Below, one piece after another: positions 1 to 9,298 of a stretch of 64,000 nucleotides of DNA. The notes under the pieces are model-generated. The model did not search any database, was not told the origin of the DNA, and saw only the letters and a program-made list of their open reading frames with translations. Both the position numbers and the translations under genes were made by a program. Location of the stretch: assembly GCA_963663965.2 (NCBI GenBank), contig CAXXFK010000011.1, positions 160,001 through 224,000 on the forward strand. Reading direction: 5' to 3'. The DNA comes from Sedimentisphaerales bacterium (GTDB lineage Bacteria > Planctomycetota > Phycisphaerae > Sedimentisphaerales > SM23-30). Position 1 is the first letter of the stretch; every line of letters starts with the position of its first letter.

Positions 1-538
1 GAATCACATTGGCAACGGCATGGTAAGGCCACTGGTCAGGGATGGGCTGGTCGATACCGCCGAAGATGACATTATCGCGCAGGGCCGGGCCGCCGTCGGG
101 TAGTTTCTTTCTGTCCGGGCCGTACCCTGAGAGATCCATTGCAATGGCAGCATAGCCGCGTTTCGCCCAGAGTTCGGCCCAGACATTGAAGGCGGTACCT
201 CCCCCGCCGTGGACCAGGATGACAGCGGGAAGGGAGCCTGCCCGGGCCGGTTGGCCATTCAGGGTGGCTGGGCTGGCATAATACGCAAAAACGTGGGTTG
301 GTTTGCCCTGATATGACTCGCCCTGGTATTGCAGAGACCATACGGGACTCTGCTGGCCGGACCATTGATATTGGGGTGGTTCACTCAGATGCGGCAAATC
401 CCATGGGGTGGTGTCGGGCAGAGATGAGGCGGGCTGAATGATATTGGTACTTTTGGGAGGAGTTGACTGACCGGCGGAAATGATGGCCAGAGAAAGTAAT
501 ATACCGACAAAATATACTAAAGTTGCCTGCTTAGGCAT
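1..538 (-). CDS. Secreted alpha/beta hydrolase (acetyl-xylan-esterase/dienelactone-hydrolase-like), runs off the left edge
   Basis: Absent from the ORF track and translated by hand from ATG at 538 (GGAG upstream): MPKQATLVYFVGILLSLAIISAG...YQGKPTHVFAYYASP...PAVILVHGGGGTAFNVWAELWAKRGYAAIAMD. Hydrophobic signal peptide and a VHGGG oxyanion-type motif. Confidence 0.8.
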   Translation of the reverse strand, partial: MPKQATLVYFVGILLSLAIISAGQSTPPKSTNIIQPASSLPDTTPWDLPHLSEPPQYQWSGQQSPVWSLQYQGESYQGKPTHVFAYYASPATLNGQPARAGSLPAVILVHGGGGTAFNVWAELWAKRGYAAIAMDLSGYGPDRKKLPDGGPALRDNVIFGGIDQPIPDQWPYHAVANVI

Positions 539-587
539 ATCAATACTCCATTCATAGTGATTGCAGTTATCGTTTTGTTCGATTCAC

Positions 588-750
588 TTATTCCAGGAAT
601 TCAAAGGAGAACAGACTCGCATCTTTCAGTTCGAATTCGAGGCTGACCGGTTTGCCGTGGAGAGCGGTTAATCTTTTACGGGTTTCTTTGTCATCGGTCC
701 ACAGGACCGGCAGTCTTATCCCATCGGCAGTGATGTTCCGGCAACAGTGA
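588..750 (-). pseudogene. Orphan C-terminal fragment resembling the tail of planctomycete glycoside-hydrolase (GH32-like propeller) proteins
   Basis: Reads ITADGIRLPVLWTDD...LTALHGKPVSLEFELKDASLFSFEFLE*, which resembles from memory the L.GKPVRLRF.L..A.LYSF.F tail. It has no N-terminal body because the MBL stop codon lies just upstream. Confidence 0.45.
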
Positions 751-786
751 TGATTTTGACAATCGTATCTTATCATACTCTGGCGA

Positions 787-1578
787 TCAGTTGCCGGACT
801 GTTGACAAAGTTTAATGGTGTGGGTGAGCAGGTCCGTGCTGCCGGTGGAACCGTGGCCGGGGATAATGGTTCTGGCTTGAGGGTAACGTGATCGGACCAA
901 CTGAACAGAACGGGGCCAGGCGTTGACATCGCCATCAGCAATATTACCTAATCCTTGAGCTGAGATTGCCCTGATCAGGCAACCGCCAAACAGAATCTGT
1001 TCTTTATCGAGCCAGACGACAATATTATCCAGGGCGTGGCCGGGACCGGGATAAAAGAGTTCCAAGGTGCGGGAAGCAAACTTAATCCGACAGAACAGTT
1101 CAAAACCGTGGTCCGGAACGGGCAGTTTTTTTTGTTGGGCAATGGTGATGGTTTGGGCCTGCGCCCAGGAGGTCGCGCCCCTTTGTTGGGTTTCGGCCAG
1201 ACCTCCCATGCAGTCGACATGCCAGTGAGTCGGGATCACTATTTTGATCCTGGCCCCCCACTCTGACTCGACCCAGTTGAGCAGTTCGGCAGTCTGTTCG
1301 TTTGTTACGGGGGTATCAACCAGTAAGGCCTGATCGCCATCGACCAATAGCAAGCCGTTGGACTGTACCCGGCCCCACTGCTCAAACTGGTGCCAGGTTT
1401 GGTGCAGCCAGACGCCTTCTGCCAATCGCTGTAATCTGATATCCGGGCTAATAACAACCTCACGGGCCTGCCAGGAGGGACGGTCACCAGGAAGCCGGGT
1501 AGATTGGCATCCGGATAAGAATACGAATGCTAATAGTAACGTCAAAATCGACCAGGCTCTAACTGACATCCTTGTCAT
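787..1578 (-). CDS. bla: Subclass B1 metallo-beta-lactamase, lipoprotein
   Basis: Zn ligands THWHVDCMGG (HxHxD), GHALDN, FGGCLI (Cys) and PGHG; LGNIAD loop; lipobox FLSGC. GGAG RBS before ATG 1578. Confidence 0.88.
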   Translation of the reverse strand: MTRMSVRAWSILTLLLAFVFLSGCQSTRLPGDRPSWQAREVVISPDIRLQRLAEGVWLHQTWHQFEQWGRVQSNGLLLVDGDQALLVDTPVTNEQTAELLNWVESEWGARIKIVIPTHWHVDCMGGLAETQQRGATSWAQAQTITIAQQKKLPVPDHGFELFCRIKFASRTLELFYPGPGHALDNIVVWLDKEQILFGGCLIRAISAQGLGNIADGDVNAWPRSVQLVRSRYPQARTIIPGHGSTGSTDLLTHTIKLCQQSGN

Positions 1579-1675
1579 ATTGGAACTCCATTTATAGAAG
1601 GATAGATTATAAAACTGCCACACCCAGTCTATTAAGTGTGGCAGTCATATTGTAAACTGTTATAAAATTAAAATT

Positions 1676-4645
1676 TTACTTCTTTCTAAAGAGCGTGGCC
1701 GGGCTGATTTTCTCGCGGTTGCCAGAGGGGGTTTGGACATAAACCTCGAGAACTTCATCCACGGAGCCTTCGATATAGAGAACCTTGAGTTCATGCAGGC
1801 CGGCCTGAAGCGCCGCCTGGCCTGATTTGCTCGAGGCGCTGTGCATGCCGTCGTTATCGACAACCAGATCGCCATCCAGATAGAGACAACTGCCATCATC
1901 GGACCGGGTCCAGAAGGTATAAAGGCCATCTTCGGGGGCTTTATAATAGCCCGTAAAAATCATGCCGAAGTTATCCGAACGTTTTGAAAGTTTGATATCG
2001 ATATCGTCGCATTTGCCCTGCAGGGTCGGGCGGGCGCGGTTCAGCCGCTGGACACTCTGGAAGTTGCCATCGTACGCGGAGTATTCCAGGCCGGATTCAA
2101 GCGAATCGACCTGCTTTGCCGGGCGCGGCACCAGTTTCGTTACGGTTGAGGTCAGGATCATGCTTGGCATTGCGCCTTTTTTGAAGGCACGGGCTTTGAT
2201 GGTGGTGTCTTCATTGACGACAAATGGCCCGTGATAAACCGGGGAATCCATGGTCGGTTCACTACCGTCGGTGGTATAGCAGAGGCGGACATTGTCATCA
2301 TCACATTTCAATTCCACTTCAAGCGATTTCATAAAGGTCCGTTGAGAGCCGATGAGATAAGGCATCAGTGTCAAGGTTTGCTCTACGGGTGAATGGGGAC
2401 GATCAGAACTGGCGCTGCCCCACTGTTTGTTGGCTTTGGGCCCCATGGTGAATACCAGTTCGCCGCCGGCCATGACATCGGTATGCGTAATCCACGCCTT
2501 ACTGTAAGGCTTACCATTCAAGGTTACCGATTGAATATAGATATTTTCTGGAGAAATGTTTTTAGCGATGACATTGAAGGCCTTGCCACTTTCGAGATTG
2601 ATGGTGGCTTGTTTGAAATGGGGCGTACCAAAGACATAGACCGGCTGGCCGGGGCAAACCGGATAGAAGCCCAGCGCGCTGAAGACATACCAGGCCGACA
2701 TCTGGCCGCAGTCGTTGTTGCCGCAAAGGCCTTCGGGTTCATCGGTAAACAGGGTAGAAACGATCTGGGCGACTTTTTCCTGGGTTTTCCAGGCCGCTCC
2801 GGCGTAGGTGTAGAGATAGGCATAATTGTGGCAGGGTTCGTTACCCTGGGCGTACTGACCGATCAGGCCTGAGACATCAACATGTTCACGGCCCTGACGT
2901 GTGAACAGTTCATCCATTTTGGCGATAAAGCGAGCATCACCGCCCAGCAGATCGATCAGGCCGTTAACATCCTGTGGCGCAAAGAAGGTGTAATGCCAGG
3001 AGTTGCCTTCGGTGAATTCTCTGGCGCCATCGGCGGGAAGATGGTCCGGATTGAAATCAACCTTCCAGTTGCCATTGGAATCTTTGGCGCGGACAAAACC
3101 GATCGAGCGATCAAAAATATTGCGGAAATACTGGGCGCGCTTACTGAACTCGGCAGTGTCATCTTTCAGATCAAGTTCCCTGGCAATCTGGGAAATGCAC
3201 CAGTCATCAAATGAATATTCCATGGTGCGCGAGGCGGACTGGCCTTCTTTATCGAGTGCCGCGTAACCCAGTTCCTTGTATTCTTTCATGCCCTGATGAT
3301 CCTGCATGGCGCTGGTTTTCATGGCCAGATAGGCTTTCTTAATATCGAAGCCGTGAATGCCCTTAATCCAGGCATCCACGATGGGCGGAATAGCATGATA
3401 ACCAATCATGCACCAGGTTTCGCCGGAATGCAACTCCCAATAGGGCAACAGACCTCGCTGCTCGAATTTGCCGATCATCGAGTTAATAAAATCATTGGTG
3501 CGCTTCTGGTCCAGAATGGTAAACAGGGGCATTTCGGCCCGGAAGGTATCCCAGAGGGAAAAAACGGTATAGTTATCAAAACCATCGGCTTGATGGACCT
3601 GTCTGTCAGTGCCGCGATACTGGCCATCCACATCGATGAACAGGTTGGGAGTCAGACTGCAACGATAAAGCGCAGTATAAAATACGGTTTCATCGGCGGG
3701 TTTCTGGCCTTTGACCGAAATTTTAGATAGTTGATTCTGCCAGGCGGCCTGGGCCTTGTCACAGAGTGCATTGAAATCCCAACCCGGCGCTTCGGCTTCC
3801 AGGTTCTTTATGGCGCCTTCCCAACTGACTGCGGAGAGCGCCACTTTCACAATGATGGTCTTATTCTGAGTGGTATCGAAACGGACATAGCCTTTGATAT
3901 TGCGCGCATCACTGGTTCGTACCGAGGCATCCTGTGGCTGATCATCCACTACCAGTCCACTGGAATTGAACGGTTGAGAGAATCTTGCAACAAAAAAGAG
4001 GAACCGATCCGGCGACCAGCCGCTTTTGCGAATATAACCGCGTACTTCATTATTGCCGACGATTTCCGCCTTGCTTTCGCGGATACGGGTTCCACCGATC
4101 GCATGGGTCAGGTCGATAATAACATTGGCCTGTTTTGTCGCAGGGTAGGTGTATTTATGCACACCTACGCGCGGGGTCGCAGTCAGTTCGACGTCGATAT
4201 TGTAATCTTTCAATGTCACCCCATAGAAACCGGCAAATGCCTTTTCCTGGTCATGACTGAAACGGGAGCGATAGCCCTCATCGGGATTTCGTTTTGAACC
4301 GGGTTGGAACTTCAGTTCACCCGTCGTGGGCATAAAGAGGAAATCACCCAGGTCGGCGCAGCCGGTGCCATCGAGATGGGTATGGCTGAATCCCATGATG
4401 TTATCATCGGTGTAATGATAACCCGAACACCAGTCCCAACCGTTGGTATCGGTATCCGGACTGAGTTGAACCATGCCAAAAGGCATCGATACGCCCGGAT
4501 AAGTATGGCCGTGGGCTCCGGTTCCGATGAACGGATTAACTTTTTTAGCCAGCGGGTAGTCACCGGCCGGCGTGCTGCTGACAATAATTCCCATCAGTAA
4601 AGGCACCAGTAGTAAAATTGACCGGTTTTGTCTCGTTTTTTTCAT
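1676..4645 (-). CDS. GH92 alpha-mannosidase with C-terminal Fn3-associated/chitobiase-like and PA14 domains
   Basis: VNPFIGT..HGHTYPG..PFGMVQLSPDT, FSHTHL.GTG, FSLWDTFRA, TEGNSWHY, GNEP, GNNDCGQMSAWYVFSALGFYP; YTTDGSEPT; SDDGS.LY.DG..VVDNDGMH (PA14); signal peptide. Confidence 0.95.
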   Translation of the reverse strand: MKKTRQNRSILLLVPLLMGIIVSSTPAGDYPLAKKVNPFIGTGAHGHTYPGVSMPFGMVQLSPDTDTNGWDWCSGYHYTDDNIMGFSHTHLDGTGCADLGDFLFMPTTGELKFQPGSKRNPDEGYRSRFSHDQEKAFAGFYGVTLKDYNIDVELTATPRVGVHKYTYPATKQANVIIDLTHAIGGTRIRESKAEIVGNNEVRGYIRKSGWSPDRFLFFVARFSQPFNSSGLVVDDQPQDASVRTSDARNIKGYVRFDTTQNKTIIVKVALSAVSWEGAIKNLEAEAPGWDFNALCDKAQAAWQNQLSKISVKGQKPADETVFYTALYRCSLTPNLFIDVDGQYRGTDRQVHQADGFDNYTVFSLWDTFRAEMPLFTILDQKRTNDFINSMIGKFEQRGLLPYWELHSGETWCMIGYHAIPPIVDAWIKGIHGFDIKKAYLAMKTSAMQDHQGMKEYKELGYAALDKEGQSASRTMEYSFDDWCISQIARELDLKDDTAEFSKRAQYFRNIFDRSIGFVRAKDSNGNWKVDFNPDHLPADGAREFTEGNSWHYTFFAPQDVNGLIDLLGGDARFIAKMDELFTRQGREHVDVSGLIGQYAQGNEPCHNYAYLYTYAGAAWKTQEKVAQIVSTLFTDEPEGLCGNNDCGQMSAWYVFSALGFYPVCPGQPVYVFGTPHFKQATINLESGKAFNVIAKNISPENIYIQSVTLNGKPYSKAWITHTDVMAGGELVFTMGPKANKQWGSASSDRPHSPVEQTLTLMPYLIGSQRTFMKSLEVELKCDDDNVRLCYTTDGSEPTMDSPVYHGPFVVNEDTTIKARAFKKGAMPSMILTSTVTKLVPRPAKQVDSLESGLEYSAYDGNFQSVQRLNRARPTLQGKCDDIDIKLSKRSDNFGMIFTGYYKAPEDGLYTFWTRSDDGSCLYLDGDLVVDNDGMHSASSKSGQAALQAGLHELKVLYIEGSVDEVLEVYVQTPSGNREKISPATLFRKK

Positions 4646-5024
4646 GTATGATCTCCTGTCAGTTGTTTAAACGCCCGGGCAGCCCATTTCGCATTATGAT
4701 TGTCTATCCGGGTTGAATCAAACAGGTATCCTCTAAATAACCGGACTAGATGTCAATAGAATTTCGTATTTGAATCATTAAATGATCTGGATTCAGAACT
4801 GGTGGAATAGTTATTCAAACACAATAAATACCATCATCAAATGAGACACATACTAATATAACTATCTACTATAAAATATATAACGCAATTTTTCACATAT
4901 AAATCATTCAATAACCTGTTTCATTGAGAACAATCATTTTTAATAAAATTACAAGAAGTCTTTGCATTAGTTCAATTATCCAGTTAAACTATTCAATAGA
5001 TATAACCAATAAAAAGGAAACAGA

Positions 5025-5685
5025 ATGAAACGACAACGTATCGATGGTCAGGAAACCCGCCTGGCCCTGCTAGAAGCAGCCAGTGTGCTTTTTGCTCAAA
5101 AAGGATATAAAGAGGCGACCAACGCGGAGATCTGCAAACAAGCGAAGACCAATACCGCTTCAATCAATTATCACTTTTCCAGCAAGGAGAATCTATATAT
5201 TGAAGCGTGGAAATACGCCTTTAACCGGTCGCTGGAACGTTATCCAGAAGATGGCGGTGTGGCGCCGGATGCGCCAGTCGAAGACCGTTTTTTTTGGCAA
5301 GGTCAAGTCAATGATGCAACGGATCGCGGATCCGGAGAACCATGATTTCGATATTATCCATAAAGAGATGGCCAATCCCACGGGATTGCTGCATCCGCAT
5401 ATTCATGAGTCGATCGATAAACTGGAAAACAGTTTCATCGCGATCATCCGGGAATTGCTGGGACCGGAGCTCCCGGAACGTCAGGTGATTCTGACCCATA
5501 TGGCAATCAAAGGGGAGTGTTTCGGGCCGATGCTGCATCTCAGACGGATTCAATCAGGCGAAGAACCCCCCCCACCCAAAAGCTTTCCGGAAAATTTTAA
5601 TATCGAAGAACTCGCCCAGCATATTGTACGGTTCAGTTTAGAGGGAATTAAAGGGCTGCGCCAGCACGCCCCCCAGCTGGATTAA
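5025..5685 (+). pseudogene. TetR-family regulator (CerR/DUF1956-type C-terminus) split by a +1 frameshift in a T8 run
   Basis: HTH (LLEAASVLFAQKGYKEATNAEIC..A.TN.ASINYHFSSKENLY) in ORF 5025-5345; C-terminal domain (LAQHIVRFSLEGI) in ORF 5083-5685. Removing one T at 5288-5295 fuses them (EDRFFGKVKSMMQRI). Could be an assembly error. Confidence 0.85.
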
Positions 5686-5861
5686 ACCTGCTGTCCCTCC
5701 ACCCAGAGTATACCCATTGAAAGGACATTCCCTTGAAATCATCCAATACACCCAATCTGCGCCTATATCGTACCGGATGCTTCTGTCCCCCAGAATGATT
5801 GGATCGCATGGTGGCGGTATTCCAACAATCCGGTTTTTACCCCCTAACTGTGGAACTTGGG

Positions 5862-6407
5862 CTAAATGATTACATCAGGTAGTGTGGGTACCTCCACGCG
5901 GAACCTGCCATTCCAGCAAAATACCATGCCAGTGCCGGTAACAGGGTATCCATAAGGAGTAATGCGGCATTCTGAACAGGCCCAGTGAAACAGGATCTGC
6001 TGATCTTCTTTTGACAAGCCGTTCCGCGCATACGGCTGTTGGAAGAACGCTTCAACGCAACAGGGCGGATAGCCAAACAGATACCCTTCCAACCGAACCG
6101 TTTCCAGAGTCTTATCTATCGGCGTTCGATCAAAGCGCTCCAGATAAAGATCACAATAGGGCTGAAGTGTACTGAACAGGGTCTCAACAACCTCATGGCC
6201 GCTCTGCACAGTGCGAACGACGCTCGCGGTATGCAATCCCATCGTTTGCATAAGCGATAGCTGCGCGGCAGTAACAGGTTTCTCCCATCGACTCAACGGC
6301 TTGACCCCCTGACGGGTTAACAATGCCAGATAAGCCAACTGCATTTCAGATTGTTCTAACTGCTTAACGCACTCACGGATAGTCGCTTGTGTTTCATCCA
6401 CCGGCAT
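5862..6407 (-). CDS. Small Cys-rich protein, DUF483-like
   Basis: G.KPLSRWE, EGYLFGYPPCCVEAF and HWACSECR motifs; GAGG RBS; starts 57 bp after the repeat-protein gene. The family name is from memory of the GYPxCC motif. Confidence 0.6.
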   Translation of the reverse strand: MPVDETQATIRECVKQLEQSEMQLAYLALLTRQGVKPLSRWEKPVTAAQLSLMQTMGLHTASVVRTVQSGHEVVETLFSTLQPYCDLYLERFDRTPIDKTLETVRLEGYLFGYPPCCVEAFFQQPYARNGLSKEDQQILFHWACSECRITPYGYPVTGTGMVFCWNGRFRVEVPTLPDVII

Positions 6408-6463
6408 TTACCTCTTCCTGACAATGAATGTCAAAACTCCGCATGAAGCGGTACAACGGGAAT

Positions 6464-8482
6464 TTACGGCTGGGTATCGGACAACCATTGCCGGGTCAGG
6501 CCGGCCAGGTCATTCATATCAATCACACAATTCCGATTGGAGTCCGCGGGAAGATAGACCGTCCCCAGGTCGCCGCATTGCCGGGGAAATTCCAGAATTT
6601 GTAATAACGGATTAACCATGGCCCGCCCCCGGCCATGCACATCGCCGGCAAATTCAAAACACCCATGTTCAAGATAATGCTTGGCGATATAAGGCACTTC
6701 CATCGACGTCCCCTGACCGGGATTAACGATTTCCAGATACCCCATATTGACCTGCAAACCACAGATCAGACAGTTTTCCAAACCCTTCATGGGGTGATCG
6801 ATCACATAGGTTTCTTTCATCGCGTCAGGAATCACATCTGACGCATCGTACCTGGGCAATTCATCGATAACACCACTGCACCGCCGTGCGGTTTCCACCC
6901 CATCTGGAATCAGATTCAGATTCTGGTCAGGATCGTAAAGATTCGACAACGCCTTGATTTCTTCCAGATCGGTAAGCCGGTCAAAATCCGTATCGCTGCC
7001 AGCCGGAGGCAGATCATGCTCGTCCGGTTCGTAAGGCAGCGTCATTTCCAGTACTCGCATCAGCCGGAGCACTTCCGCGCGCCCCTGGTGGTCATCACCC
7101 AGATAGGTCAGCGAGCCGTGAGCCATCGCATGCAAAGCAATATCCGGCAGAAAACCAATCCCTTCCGGATAACGCAGTTTCAACGCGGTATTGGTCATTT
7201 CAGTCCCGCCCATATGAATCCATTCGCCACAGATCAGGCATTCTTCCAAACCGTCCAATTCATGGCGGAAAATCTGGATATGGTCAGCTCCGCCGCTATT
7301 GATCAAATCCGTGATACGAACATGAAGGGCCCGGGCCAGATCCACTCCATCAAGAGTGCCTGATGAATTCATATCCGCTTCGAATGGCAGATATCCCAGC
7401 CCATGCTCTTCCGGGTCCGACAGCAAATCACCGTCACTGTCATTCGCCACCGGGACCTGATGACGATCGGGAAATCCCAGTTCCAATACCTTCAGCAGTA
7501 GTGGCACATCAAGCCTTAGATCATGTTCCGTGCCATCACTGGTAAAAGAACCATGATGCATAAAATGCTGACTGATAAAGGGAACGGCAATCGCCAGCGC
7601 CTTGTCGGCGTTAACCACTTCCATAAAGCCCATGTTTTCTATCTTGCCACAGATTTCACAGGTTTCCAGCCCAAAAGTGTAATGCTCGATCACATAGATC
7701 GCGTCTGATCCAACTGCGTCGGTATAACGAGGCAGTTGATCGATTTTCACCGCGCACTGGATCGCCAGTTCCACACCGTCAGGCATGCCATTGTCATTCT
7801 GATCTGAATCCCCGGGATCCGTACCCAGTTTCTTTTCTTCAGTATCCGCCAGCAAATCCAGATCACCATCAACTGGCACCATCAACTGGTGGGAATCGGG
7901 AAAGCTCAATTCCAGAAGTTGGATGAACTGCGGCACATTCAAACGGCCATCATGCAGGGTGCCGTCATAGCTGAATGATCCATGGTTGAGGTAATGAAGG
8001 CTGATATAGGGGATTTCGATGGGTTGATTGATCCTGGGATTGATCACTTCCAGGTAGCCCATATTAACCGATTCACCACAGATCTCGCAACTTTCCAGAC
8101 CCCGCATTTGATGATGAACAATGTGAATGGTATCTGGAACCGCACCCGTGCTATAAACCGGTAAAGCGTCAATAGTGACCGCGCATAATTTTGCCAGTTC
8201 AACACCATCCGGAATAAGATTGTGATTCTGGTCAGGATTGTCCCCTAAAAGTCCCAGCTGCGCTTCTTCGATATCCGTCAGAAAGTCGCCATCCTCATCC
8301 GGCATCACGGCCAGCCAATGCGGATCGGGGGTGGTCTGCCCCAAACTCTTATGAAGCAGAGCCTGCGACGACAACGCTAACAGGGCCGCCGTCCCCGTTT
8401 GGATAGTTAACTGACACAAAGGACTTCTTCTGGACCGGATTTTCCTTAATTGTCGAATTTTTCGCCTTTTTAAAGGTCTCAT
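6464..8482 (-). CDS. Secreted protein with four ~143-148 aa tandem Ca/metal-binding repeats and a C-terminal dockerin-like motif
   Basis: Each repeat: DxH, DxDxDxLxDxEE, DxN..DGV, HxxxGLExCxICG, MG, HxxxHG, H. Basic leader plus hydrophobic stretch; tail PADSNRNCVIDMNDLAGLTRQWL; AAGGAGG RBS. Confidence 0.85.
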   Translation of the reverse strand: MRPLKRRKIRQLRKIRSRRSPLCQLTIQTGTAALLALSSQALLHKSLGQTTPDPHWLAVMPDEDGDFLTDIEEAQLGLLGDNPDQNHNLIPDGVELAKLCAVTIDALPVYSTGAVPDTIHIVHHQMRGLESCEICGESVNMGYLEVINPRINQPIEIPYISLHYLNHGSFSYDGTLHDGRLNVPQFIQLLELSFPDSHQLMVPVDGDLDLLADTEEKKLGTDPGDSDQNDNGMPDGVELAIQCAVKIDQLPRYTDAVGSDAIYVIEHYTFGLETCEICGKIENMGFMEVVNADKALAIAVPFISQHFMHHGSFTSDGTEHDLRLDVPLLLKVLELGFPDRHQVPVANDSDGDLLSDPEEHGLGYLPFEADMNSSGTLDGVDLARALHVRITDLINSGGADHIQIFRHELDGLEECLICGEWIHMGGTEMTNTALKLRYPEGIGFLPDIALHAMAHGSLTYLGDDHQGRAEVLRLMRVLEMTLPYEPDEHDLPPAGSDTDFDRLTDLEEIKALSNLYDPDQNLNLIPDGVETARRCSGVIDELPRYDASDVIPDAMKETYVIDHPMKGLENCLICGLQVNMGYLEIVNPGQGTSMEVPYIAKHYLEHGCFEFAGDVHGRGRAMVNPLLQILEFPRQCGDLGTVYLPADSNRNCVIDMNDLAGLTRQWLSDTQP

Positions 8483-9298
8483 GGCTGGGCCTCCTTAAAT
8501 TGATACTGCTTACCATCGAATAGGCCCGCTGGGCCGTGATATAAGTTCTACACGAACAAAAACTTAGATTGCGAGCGATCAGGAATTCTCATACCCATTG
8601 GGTATAGTTTCATCTTTATTAACTAACAAAACACCCTCTCAACAGATCCTCGCCTTGCGTGTAACGAATAACCTTAAAGGATTATACAGTAACAAACTCA
8701 AACTTTTCCATATCCAAATCGCTCTTTTGTACGCTAACCTTCTAATACCTTGATTTTTTGCATAGTCATGACTCTGCTATATTTAGAGTGCCAAACAAAA
8801 TGCTTTCGTAACAAAACTGAGAAAAAAATTTTCTGTAAGGTCGCAAATCCGCCTTGGGAGAATTGCAGAGACCAGCCTCCCCCAGGCAATTTTTCTATGG
8901 ATTGTCGATGGTTATTGGGCCCCGAAAACGCGGCGGATAACGATCCCGACCGGTTGTAGAAAAAAACTCATTTTGTTAGGTGCTCTAATATACAGACCAT
9001 CCAAATGCTCACTGATACAGTTTTGTTTACACCAAATTTCTCTAACAAGGCATGTACAAATTTAAATTCATATTAAACCCGCCACTCATTTTAATCGATA
9101 ACTTTGATAAATGGAATTAGGTTAGAGCTTGTATATACACACCAGTTCTAGCAGAGCACAATGGTAATACGTACTTCGCTCGATATCCATTTTACCTGAA
9201 ATCATGATCTGGATGCTCTATTACATTGTTGAGTCATCTGTTGAGAAAATTTAGCATCTGCTTTTCCGTTATAACCATAAGAAGAAGGGAAGTTATAT

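Noticed and set aside
6464..8482. Multiheme c-type cytochrome
   Set aside because: The motifs are CxxCG, not CxxCH.
8483..9298. c-di-GMP riboswitch upstream of the MCP
   Set aside because: No GGCAAA..GAAA..GACGCAAA-type pattern was found.
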